Of a DNA stretch of 52,376 nucleotides, positions 34,950 through 46,600 are shown in pieces. The notes below the pieces were generated by a model. The model searched no databases. It saw only the letters and a list, made by a program, of their open reading frames with translations, and was not told where the DNA came from. The DNA comes from Psammoneis japonica (taxonomy: Eukaryota): positions 806,001-858,376 of the forward strand of contig QPGO01000012.1 in the NCBI GenBank assembly GCA_008632985.1, in the 5' to 3' direction. Position numbers and translations under genes: made by a program. How positions within the stretch are numbered: the stretch's first letter is position 1; every line of letters begins with the position of its first letter.

Positions 34950-35690
34950 CTCCCCCTCAGTCCTCCGGGTCAAAGTGTCACCCGCACTGCTCCAGCTTGC
35001 GGGCGCAGGCCGTGGCCATGATCTCACGTGCCCAAGGTGTGTGGATGCCACAGCAGTCGTGGTCGCGGTCGCGCCGCGACTGGGTGGGGTTGCGGCACAG
35101 CAGGGGGCGGGGCTTGTCCACGCCAACCTTGTGCAAGGCCTTGCCCAGGCCCTGCTGCATGGCTTCGAAGTGGATGACATGATTGGCCCCGGCCATCCAG
35201 TTGACCGGCACCATGGGCTTGTGCCCGAGGGCTCGGCAGAGCGCTCGGGGCACAGCGACGGACCACGACCCACTTGAAGTCGGGTGCGCTGAAGTCGTCG
35301 CTGATGCTGGGCAGGTGATGGATGAGGCATTGCAAGGCTGAGCCAGGTCACAGGGATTGCACACGCCCACCACCACCACCAGCCCATCCCGCTCCTTGGG
35401 CATCACAAGGCTGAGATTGTGCCGGCCTTGCAACTGCGGGCGTGTTCAGTCAGCACCAGGTCGCAGGGATTGCACACACCCACCACCACCAGTGGCCCAC
35501 CCCATTCCTTGGGCATCACCAGGCCGGAGGCCAGGAACTGCTTCAGCATCTGGTGCTTCTGGTGCAGGATGATGTTGCCTTGCATGTCACATGTGCGGTC
35601 CTCTGGCAGCTTGATGCCACCGAAGTCCTCACAGAAGAGCGTGCCCAGCAAGGTGGAGCTGACGTGGGGGGGGGGCTGCAGGAAGGGCGG
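34950..35690 (-). pseudogene. GC-rich sulfotransferase-like gene fragment (Sulfotransfer_2-like), with internal ~70-bp duplication
   Basis: VVVGVCNPCDL (cf. VRNPYD), VIHFEAM, HDCCGIHTPWAREIMATACARKLEQCG (cf. Y..Y......V...Y..D...FGY). ~35343-35412 is repeated at ~35456-35525. Confidence 0.55.
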
Positions 35691-35794
35691 GCCAATTGGT
35701 GGCCAGCAGCTCACACGCGAAGTTCAAGCTCCAGCAGAAGGGTGGCAGCATCAATGGCATGAAGATGAAATGCAGCAAGCACAGGTTCAGTGAA

Positions 35795-35985
35795 ATGACA
35801 GAATTTTCAAATTTTCACAAACAAACAGGCGCCGCGCTGCTGGTGAGCTTGATTGTCTTGCTCTTGCCTGCCATGGTTGGGTCAGCCTCAATGGATGTCA
35901 CTGCCACTGATGTGAAGGTGGCAGCCAATGCCAAAGACAGGCAAATGGCTTTCAATGATGCCGATGCCAAATTGTTTGAAGGTTG
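35795..35985 (+). pseudogene. pilX: Fragment of bacterial type IV pilus assembly protein PilX N-terminus
   Basis: MTEFSNFHKQTGAALLVSLIVLLLPAMVGSASMDVTATDVKVAANAKDRQMAFNDADAKL matches the PilX_N pattern QxGxALxVSL...G.S.M......K.A.N..DR..AF..AE..L. Confidence 0.7.
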
Positions 35986-36049
35986 TGAAGATGTCAGCGT
36001 TGCCAACAAGTGCCGGATGTTGTGCACTTGGGAGATCTTGCAAGCTTTC

Positions 36050-36950
36050 TGTGGGCACAATGTCACAATTTGTCTCACCTGTGGCTGGGACACACAAAGA
36101 ACCCATCACCAGTGGTCCCCTGCTTGGCCTCTCCAGACAGCACGAACCCAATGGACTCTTGTCTCCACACCTTGCACCCGCCACACTCAACCCCTTGACG
36201 TGCACGGCAACCACCTTTTCTCTTGCAAGTTCCACAAAACACCAACACCCAATGCAATCTGAGATGCCCTGCATGCCACAATCTAACCCATCTGCCCCAT
36301 CGTTGACATCACCTGCTCACCTGGCACCACCACTTGCAAGCTCCAACACCTCATCCCCAGCACAGCCAAGTGCCCAGCCAAAGTCTTCATCTCCCTCAAA
36401 AAGACTCGCATGGCCAGTTGCTCATGCAAAGCCTTCAGGACGGCCGCCATCAACATTGTGCTCTCTGGGCCAATTTCTGCTCCCTCGTGCACTTCAAAAA
36501 CATCTTCCCATGCACTGCAGGCAGCTGAAATCTCCAAATCTCATGACTCCGACACTGCATCCTCCAATGGTTCCTTCACCGGTGAGCACACAATTGACAC
36601 CCTCAACAACTCAACATCCTTCTCATCCCCTTTGGCATTGACCACCTTGGCTGCCTTGGCCCCTTTGCCCATTGTCTTCTTCTCAATGCACCCGCACCCC
36701 AACTCTCCCATGGAGATCCACCACTGCAATTCCCCGCTGCACAACTGCCACTCAACAACTCTGCACCTGGTGAGCCCTCCCTCCGCCGTGCACCTCCCAA
36801 TGGCTCGGCTCCTCTTGTCACACCTCTGCACCCTCCCAATGGGCCCTCAAATCCCTTGGCTTCAACATTCTCACACACCTTTCCAACCACTGTCATTGCT
36901 CACTTGACAAACTGCATTGCTTGCACGCAGGCTCGGACACCTTTTTTTGC
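36050..36950 (+). mobile_element. 3' fragment of a second RLE-type non-LTR retrotransposon
   Basis: LDVHGNHLFSCKFHKT..NAI*DALHATI (zinc knuckle/HNxIRD) and LIPFGIDHLGCLGPFAH (RLE end); heavily decayed. Confidence 0.55.
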
Positions 36951-39212
36951 GAACCCACCTCCCCCCGTGTGCTTCTTCTGCTGCCATTGTCACCTCTTGA
37001 CACCATGCTTTGCTGCACAAGCAATGTCTTTGTGAAGGAAGAATGACTCCAACACATCACCATTGAAATGACCAACATGCAGAGGCCTCACAGAATTTAG
37101 AAGAAGAAGAAAAAAGAGCCAAGGGACGGACAGGCATGATCATCAAAAAGAAGGTTTTGTGTTAAAAAGAAGCCAGAAACAACAAAAAAGAAGATGACAA
37201 AAAAGGAAACTACAAATTTGTTGCACCAATGCTTGAACCTGTCCACAGCTTGCCAATGTTCCGTTCATTCGTTCTCTCGTCCTGCACTTCCTGAAACACC
37301 ATGGTTGACCTTGACTCAAGGGAGGCTCTCAACGAACGACTTGCGGATCTCATTGGATTTGAAGATGGTGTTGATGATGTTTTGGATCATTTGATTTCAA
37401 TTGATGCAGAATCAGTGCATGCGCTGACACTGCGACATTTTAGACTCGACACTCTCATTGTTCTCACCACCAAGGAAACCTGATGATTTCCATTTTCTGA
37501 CCCTTGGCCTGGCTTTCACTTCCAAGGATTTAATTGATTGCATGTCTCAGTTGTTGGGCTAAGAAACGGATGCTCTGCGGTCATTTGTGAAAGACGTTTG
37601 CAGGTTTAAATGGGGGGAGACTGTTGTTCTGTTGAAAAAGACTCCCAAACACAGAGCAGGAAAATTTTCAACCACACCTGTTGGAAATCGAGGATTTTGT
37701 TGTGCGGACGACGGCCAGACGGTCGGCTGTCAAAACAAAAGATGCGGCTTATGTTGTGCCGAAGAACATCAGTGTGTGGCACAGAAAAGGTGTGGAAGTG
37801 CACTTCTCACTCTTTGTGGCAACACTCAACTGTTGGCACACTGCATTTGTGTGACTTGTGCTGCAGACAGGAGTCTCCGGGGCTGCATTGTCCAACAGCT
37901 GCCACAAAGAGAAGGCTGGGAAGTCAAGTGGAATCCAAGACTGGCTGGTGTGAGCATTTGTGGCATTCAAGCTTGCTGAACTGACAAGAAGCATTTTGAT
38001 TTTGTTGCTCTGGTTGAAGGAGTGACTGGAAAAGAGCCGTTGCTCTGGCCGAAGGAGTGACAGAACAAGTTGACTTCTCCTTTAGAAAGACGGCACTTTG
38101 GTCTTGAAGGAGCGAACAGGTCAGAATGGAAGAAGACAAGCCTGGACAGATTGAGCTGAAGGAGTGCAAGTGCACTGTTGCAACTTGTGCCACCAAGGCC
38201 AATGAGCATGAAGAAACTGCTGAGAAGGTTGCTCAGCATGTGGGAACAAAGTGTGGTTCTGCAGTGCAGAAATTGGTGACACATTTGGAGGAAACAGCAT
38301 TTTCTGAGCCCAAATGTCCCAAGAATGGTGATGAAGGAGAGAAAGCAATCTGGGTCAAGAAGTGTCACAGGTGCATGAAGAATGAATCAGCGTGCTTGGA
38401 GAACAAGTCCAAGGTGTTTGTCGTCTTGATTGAGGGCTGTGACAAGGCCATGTTGAACAGAGTTGAAAGCTTGGAAACTGCAAGGACATGGAAAAGAAGT
38501 CTGATGTTGTCAAGCTTTTGGCTTCTGTCAAGGAAAAAAACCCAATCCCAATTTAAAGTGCCGTTGCACCTTTGCCCAGCAACACCGGCGCCAGCTGACC
38601 CACACCTCCAGCACACTTGACTTGCAAGTGCGGCAGAAGTGGACGCGATTAGCCTGAAACGGCGCCTCCCGGAGGAGACGCCCGACGGAAATGACTGGCA
38701 ATGGTGCGTGTGCCACGACGCGCCAGTTTCCTGGCTTCCTTCAAACTTTCTTTTAATCGGGGACGAACCACAGTGATCCAATTCTGAATTCGAACCGTTG
38801 TGAACGTCTTGTGTGCCCTGTGTGTGTGCCAGGCGCTGAAAAAGAAGATGTGTCACGACTTTGTCGTTGTGAAAATTGTGAGCTAGTTTAGAGCAGAGAA
38901 AATGGGATCGTGCGAATGGGGAATCTTGCCAAATCCCTGTTCGTTCACATTTGGATCGCACCAAATCGATCGTGCGTTCACATTGTGGATCGTGCGAATC
39001 AAGCCATCACGCGCCATGCACGAGTGATGTCATCGTGTGGAATCACGCTGCCATCGTGGGCCAGACGACGGGCCAGTGTGCTTCACACGGATGCTCTCTT
39101 AGCATCCTTCTGGAGTTGCCTGAGACCCAGAGCCACGCCCTCCTGTGGTCGTGCTTCCCAGGTGCGTGTTAACAATGCCACGTTGCCACGCACAAGAGGC
39201 TTGTGCACGGTC

Positions 39213-42200
39213 TCACCGTGTTGTCCAGTGGCGAGGCATGCTGCACACTCCCCCATGATCAGGGCCATTAAGTGACAGAATGTCTTGCTGGTGACAGGGT
39301 GCAATCTGCTGCAGATCACACGCATCTGTCAGCGCTCCGTTCTGGATGCGCAACGTGCCGTTGTCATGTGCACGGACAACTCTGGCGGGTCCTGCATGGC
39401 TGTCAGAACCGCATTTAGAGGATTGTTCCTGTTTGACAAGTGCCAATTGCCCTGCGGCATGTTGATGCTCCTTGCGTTTCTGATTTTTACGCTTGTTGTT
39501 TAAGTGGATGAGCTTCTGCTTTCTGGTTTCCATGTGCTTCCACTTGGCACGATGGGCAACAGACAAAACCGCATCGCGTCCGAAGACCAATTGCGTGGGA
39601 CTTGCACGCGTGGTCGTGTGTGCTGCAGCTCTAATGGCAAAGGCCACTGCGGAGAGGATGCCACTCCATGGGTCATCTTCGTCCAGTTCCACATCCTGCA
39701 CTGAAAAGGAACACACCATGTTGCCAAGTGTCTGGTGCACACGCTCCACTGTGGCATTTGCCTGTGGATTCCGTTTGCTTGTGGGTTTCTTCAAAATCCC
39801 ACAGTCATTTTTAATCATCTGGCTAAATTCTGCCATGAATTCTGTCCCACGGTCACAAACCACCTGGGTTGGCCACGGACATCTGCACAGCCACGTTTGT
39901 TCCACGACGTTTGCTGCGACGTCTGCGCGTTTCGCAGACACTTCTTTAATCTCGAACCACCCGGTTGCTGGGTCAATCATTGTGACTGCCCATGATTGCA
40001 AGGTGTCCTTTCCGCGTCTTTGAATTTTATGTGGCCCTGTCATGTCCATGCACAGAGTTTCCCATGGAATTGTCTCTGCGACCTTTTCTGGCAGCTTCCC
40101 ATGACGCTGCGTTCGGCGTTTTGTCTTCTGGCATCGATCGCACTTGACGCACGTAGAATGCACCGTAGACCTCACACTGGGCCAATGGAAGTGCTGGGCA
40201 ACAGATGTTTCCGCAAGTGTCTCACCTGGATGACACAGTGTCTCGTGGTGCCATTCAGTTAGCGGAACCTGCAATGACTGTGGCACTGCGATTTTGTCCT
40301 CATGACAGATTAACTGTCGTGATGACCCTCCCCCACGACACGCGCGAATGGAGTGGTCGGACGAGTCCTCAGCTCTTGAGAGCAGGCGCTTGTCCTTTTG
40401 TTGTGCTTTTTGAATGTGCTTGAAGCTAATGGGCAGAGACAGCTCATCTTGAGCGTCTGCATTAAAGGCTTCATGCAAAGGACGACTCGATGGAGTGTCT
40501 TTTACATCCGGATTGGCCTCGGAAGGCAAGCTGGGTGCTGGTCGAAGGCGACTAAGAGCGTCAGCGACCAGGTTGTGGGTGCCCTCAACATGGCGTAATT
40601 CGGGACCGCATTCTTCGCATGTCAACCGCCAGCGCATAACGCGCTCGGTGTTGAATGCTTTGTGCGTAAGATTTTTATGATCAGCACACATGATCACACG
40701 ATGACCAAGGAGAATCGTTCGAAATTCTTTCAACGTCTCCACAATGGCGAGCAATTCTCTCTCCGTTGTTGCACAATTTAATTGCGCACTGTCAAGCTTT
40801 CTGCTGTAAAAGGCGACAGGTTCATTGTCTTGGGATGTGACTGCTCCCAATTGATGTTTAGAGGCATCGGCATGCATCTCAAAGGGTTCATTAAAATCAG
40901 GATGTGACAACAAAACATCATCCGACATTGCTCGTTCAACGGTTTCGAACGCCTCGTCTTCAACGGACGTCCACTCCCACTTGACAGTCTCGCTTGCGAG
41001 TCGTGTTGGCGGAGCCAAGACTTCAGAACGTCCAATCCACGTGTCGCGGCAGCAGTTCACCATGCCAACAAATGAACGCAGGTCGCGTTCATTGGTTGGG
41101 GTCGCGATTCGCTCAATGGCGTCGACTTTATCAGGTGTTGGTCGCACTCCGTCTCTGTTGACCAGATAACCCAAGCACTCTAATTGGGTTTGACAGAAGT
41201 GAGATTTAGTTGCGTTGACTTTTAGTCCTGCTTTCTGGACCCTCAATGAAGCTTCTTCAAGTTTGTTGAGGTGATCTTCACAGGTGCCTTTCGTCACGAC
41301 GAGAAGGTCATCTAAGTGCATTCGAACGAACGACAGATCTTCAAATGAGCCTGACATGCGTTCTTGGAAAATGTCTGGCGAATTGCATGATCCCATGGGC
41401 AATGCCTGCATCTCATGCTTGCCCCACGGGAAGATGAGCGTGCAGAGCTTCTTGCTGTCAGTGTCCAATCGGATGTGACAACAGCCCATGTTTAAATCCA
41501 GCGACGCAGCCCACACAAAGCCTTCGAGCTTGAGCAGCATGTCTTGGATGTGAGGAATCGGATGAGGCAATCGCTTGATCCGTTTGTTCAGCTCTCTGAA
41601 ATTGTTGACAAAGCACACCGTTAAATCTTTCTTCGGTGTGATGAATGATGGAGCTGCCCATTGGGATCGGTTGACGCGTTTGAGAACACCGATGCGCACT
41701 GGGCGCTCTACTTCCTCACGCAGCGTAGCTTCGTGCGCACGAGGCACTTCACACGGACGAGCGTGGCATGGTTCCACACCCTCCTTGAGTTGGATGTGGC
41801 AGGGTTCTCCCTTCCATTCTCCCAATGTCCCATCAAGTGAGGACTCATGGCGCTTCAACAGTGCCAAAAGGTCGTTTTGTTGAACTGCAGAAAGTCCTGT
41901 TGCCCCTCGCGTCATGTCCTCGAGGCAGGCCGGCGCGTGCTTGGTGTCCAAAATGCGCGAAATCCGGTCGGTTTCCGAAGACAAGGCTTCTGGATCTTGA
42001 AGATAGAAGGAGGTTTCCACCGCAGCATCTACGTGCCTCATTGGTGCTTCTCCATTGACCAATGGCCACTCTGTCATCTGTTTAGAGAAGACAATGTCAA
42101 TGCCTTGTGTCTCCAGAATGTCACGTCCAACAATCACATCGCACTTGCCCAACTTTCCGTTGTGTGCGTGGACGGTGTGCTCAAGTTCTGCAGTTTCGGA

Positions 42201-42506
42201 TAATTCTGGTAACCAAAATTTAACGGCACAGTCGTCAGACGCACCAAACGAGCCTGCTGCCGCAGTCCAGTTTGTCTCAGCCGTTGAATGGCTTCGCAGA
42301 CGTTTGCAGCATCGACTGTCGAGTGGAGCACTGCTGGCGCCACTGTCCAGCAGTGCCTTGGCAGTTTGAGTCTTGCCCTTGCCATGTTTGGCATTCACAG
42401 CTGTGGACAAGATTGGAGTGAGATGAGTCTTTTTAACTCGTTTGCGGGATTGGCCTGCAACACGTGTACGATGGTAATTCAGTTGTTCATTTGCACATTC
42501 ATCCAA
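39213..42506 (-). pseudogene. gypsy #2 pol (PR-RT-RH-IN), open frame but with many missense changes
   Basis: LLDSGAS; WAAPSF, LDLNMGCCH, MHLDD; HADAS, AFYSRKL, DHKNL; HPG..CDRC, CMDMTGP, DRGTEF, NPQANATVERVH. The catalytic YxDD is changed to HLDD. Confidence 0.92.
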
Positions 42507-42542
42507 TGCATTAAAACCACCTGCATCGTGTCGGCCCCCTTC

Positions 42543-43618
42543 TCAGGCGTCCGAATCTTCGGAATCACTTAAGTTGAGGTCGCGGAAGTGATTGAGCTCC
42601 TCCTCGCGGGCCTTGCGCTTTTTCTGAGCGTTGGCAAAGTGCTCCTCGACCTTCGATCCGATGAGAGTGTTAATGTCTTCCTCATTCCGAGGTTTTGCAC
42701 CAGGCTTGCCGCCTCTGTCATTGGAATGTCCAGTCTTGACACGTTTCACGTGGTGCTTGAGCTGACGGCAATCTTCCGCATCATGTCCACAGTTGGTCCC
42801 GTGCAGCACACACGACTTCTGGGTGTTCCGCTGGGTCGTGATCAATGACTCAGGATTGTCCATTCTACGTCCCGCTTACGTGGAACCTTGGCATGTTGGT
42901 CCTGGTTACCTTCGGTGAGCTCGACCTGCTCGATGCGCTCGCAGAACTGTACAAATTCGGTGATGGCATGCGCCAACGGGTCAAAATTCTGTAGCGTCAT
43001 GAACTTCTGCCATGCGTTCGGCACACCGCACTCGAACACATCGCACAGTTCGTCATTGGGTGATGGTGCCGGTGTTTCTCCATCCTCCGTCACGGGTGGA
43101 AACTGAGAGATGCAGCCGTTAATTTCAACAGCCCTCGCGACGCAGTCACGAGTGGAAACCTCTGCGGGCTTGCGCGTGAAGCGCCGCAGATGACGCTTCC
43201 GCAGCAGCACCGCCCCATTTGGGAAGATGCTTTCCTTTAGCTTCGCGATGCATGCTGCGCACGCAGCATTGGTTTGGGATGCCTGCTTGTCAGCGGCATT
43301 GCCAAATGACGTCAGAGCATCGCCCTGCAGCAAGTCAAGCATGAGGGCAAATTTCGCTGGCCCGTTCGTGATGTTTTGTCCTTCGTGCACGCGATCCACG
43401 TTGCGCAGAAAGATTGGGAGTGTCTCGCATGTAGCCGCAGAAAGGTGCGGGATGCCCATCTCGTGCGTTGGACCATCCGGATCAGTGGGGTTGTTGCGCA
43501 GCTTGAACGTCTGGCACTCGCCCTGCTGCAGCTCTTTCTTCTCCGGCCATGCGAACGGAGTCGGCGGCTCAACCCGCTTCTTCATGGTCGTTTTGAGATT
43601 TGTCGGTCCTGCCAACAT
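42543..43618 (-). pseudogene. gypsy #2 gag (one frameshift near 42850)
   Basis: ORFs 42842..43618 and 42543..42863; IFPNGAVLLRKRHLRR, CVLHGTNCGHDAEDC; homologous to gypsy #1 gag. Confidence 0.82.
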
Positions 43619-46600
43619 TTCGTAGTTTCGTTTCTGTGGATTTCGTCACCTCGCACAACATGCGGGAGCAATGTCACTGTGCCCTGTGTGTGCACTGGGC
43701 GCTGAAAAAGAAGATGTGTTGCGACTTTGTCGTTGTGAAAATTGTGAGCTAGTTTAGAGTAGAGAAAATGGGATCGTGCGAATGGGGAATCTTGCCAAAT
43801 CCCTGTTCGTTCGCATTTGGATCGCATTAAATCGATCGTGCGTTCGCATTGTGGATCGTGCGAATCAAGCCATCACGCGCCATGCACGAGTGATGTCATC
43901 GTGTGGAATCACGCTGCCATTGTGGGCCAGACGACGGGCTAGTGTGCTTCACACGGATGCTCTCTTGGCATCCTTCTGGAATTGCCTGAGACCTAGAGCC
44001 ACGCCCTCCTGTGGTCGTGCTTCCCAGGTGCGTGTTGACAACACTGCGTTGCCACGCACAAGAGGCTTGTGCACGGTCTCGCCGTGTTGTCCAGCAGCAA
44101 GGCATGCTGCATGTGTTCTTCCACTGAATCAAGAAGGGCTGCTCGATCTTTTGCAAGGCACTCTTGTCGTTTGTCACACATTGCAGTCAGTTCTGCTTCT
44201 GCCATTCGCCGTTGGGATGACTTGCGTGAATCCGCATCGTGGCCGTGCACGAGTGCATTGTGTTCCTCCCACAGTTCCCACCATTGTCTCCAGATGAATG
44301 ACCCGATCTGCACCGTCCAATCTGGTGGATGCTTGTCTTCAGCTTTGTGTTGGCGAAGGACACCCGAGTCCCGCAAATGTCCCGACTGAATCAGGTTCCA
44401 CAAAGTTGAACAGCGGCCACCAAAAATCTGTCTCCAACCAACATCTGATTGCGCACGCCACAGCTCCCGACAGCGGTGATCGACATCATCCGTGCAAATG
44501 ATCTCTTCGTCAAACCAGGCTTGAAGAGAATTGATGAGGAAGTCTCGTAGAGTTGGCATTGCATCGATGCAGTCGCAACATTTCCGAAGGCCTTGTAGAA
44601 ACTTCCGGCGCCATGCTTCGTTTTCTGGACATCGAAGGATGTGATCCCTGTCTTCCATGGGATGCTCACACTCAAGGCAGTGATGAGGGCGAACCAGATT
44701 GTACCGGTGTGCCATCTTGTTGGCAGGAAGGAGATCGTGTGCGAGTTTCACCGTGCCAACGTGTTGCTTGGAATGACGCTTGATCAAAACTGCGTGGGCG
44801 TCCCAGTTCACGAGGTCAACAACCTCTCGTCGCCATTGATTGCGCTCGACTGTGTGCTCCAACAGCTGGGGAGCAGCAGCTGCATTTCGAAGCTGTTGCT
44901 TGTAACCAGAGGTCAAGGCACCGTCTGCAAGTGACAAGTAAGAATGGCAGTGAGGAAACGGGAGAACACGTGATGTGTCCCAATCACAGCGACCTTGATG
45001 GGCGCCAGCAAGTCGATCCGCTCTGATGTTCACTCTTGCATTTGGGGGAAGTGAGCTGGCAGGAGCATGCTTGTCTTGATGCCCCTTTGCCCACTTGATC
45101 GACACATTTTCCGGATCTTGCAATTGTTGAAACACACGCAACATCTCGTTGATGACGTCCCAATCCGAGGACAGCGCATTGGCTCCGTGGTGTCGTAAAT
45201 AAAAATCACGTGAATCGTGAGAAGAGTCTTCAGGATTTGGAGCGGGAAGGGTGAGAGTGAGCTTCTTGAGACAGGACACAAGCGACTTGTTGTCACAATG
45301 AATGTCCAATGTCTTGTTCAATCTGGAATGGCAACATTCAACACATCGGTGGATGAAACGAAGAATGGAAAGAACACCGCAAGCCTCTGCACGGTGCGAC
45401 GATGGTTTGTGCCCGAAAACTGGTCCTGCACAATCTACGAGGGGAACCCCTTGGAGTGTGATCGACCACCCAAAGGCAGCGCCTTCATTGACAGATCCAT
45501 CACTTCCTGCGACAAGTGTAGAAGAGTCGAAGCATTGAACCAAGAGAAGGGGGGAAACATGGAAATCTAGTTCCGCAAACAGCTGAGATTCCCATTGAGG
45601 GAGTGTTTGCAGCATGTCTTGAAAAGAATCTGGAGCACTTGGTGCGATTGCAGGGGCCACCGTCGTTCTTGGGATGCTGAATTGCCATCTTCCATCTTCT
45701 GTCGCAGTGACGTCTGCTGGGTGTGATTCATCGGTTGGCGCTGGCACCACCTCGATCTCTCCAATGGATGCCGCTCTCGTTCCGTCAACCAAGAAGATCT
45801 CAAACCCTAACGGGCCCTTGACGCACAGGCAATTTTCTGAGGAAGAATGATGAGCTGACGCCTGCATGCGCATCTGCGACGGAGGAACTGGCCAGTCTCC
45901 CAGCGGTTCTTTTAAACGAATTGTGGAGGCATGGCATGGGGTTTTGCAGAATTTCTTCCACACTGACCAGGCCCGAGCATTCGGCTTGTGTTGTTCAATG
46001 TTGTTCAATGCACTCACACTGCTCCGAATTGAGGGGTCACCATTTGCCTTGGTTTCGTCCAAATGTGTGCCATCCGCTGGGGTCATGTCGGAGACTGCAA
46101 GCACACGAAGGAATGATTGGCAACAATTGATCCATCGGATTTCTCTGTGACTGAACTGTTGTGATCGAAGTGCAACATCCACAACAAATTGGTCATTGTC
46201 ACGTTGAAGGGGCAGAATGCCATTGTGTGTCAGATGGACTTTGCCCTTGATTCCATGCAGAAACGAGCAAACTGAAGCAAACCAACATGATTCAAGGTGT
46301 GGCAACGGAGTGTCAACGTCCCACAAGAAGCTGTCACCTGTGCCCAAGTTCAGCTGCATCCATGCGATTGCAACATGAAACAGTTTGTGAGGTTGGTCCT
46401 CTCCGAGATGCAGATTCTCGACTCCCCGGGAATGTTTCAGCAATTGCTGCAATTGGGCCACACCCTGCTCTACATCAAGGGATCTAAAACCTCCTCCACC
46501 TGGCACTTGGGGGCCACACAGAACAAGTCGTTTGGTGTTGCGGTTGCACCCACATTTGGCAAATGTCACTCTCATCGCCTTCTGCTGAACTTTCTGGAGC

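Larger units (their letters stand above)
38814..44111 (-). mobile_element. Ty3/gypsy LTR retrotransposon #2 (full length)
   Basis: LTRs at 38814-39245 and 43680-44111 (left ends +/-2 nt), TSD TGTG, purine tract GGGGGAGTG at 39246-39254. Confidence 0.93.
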
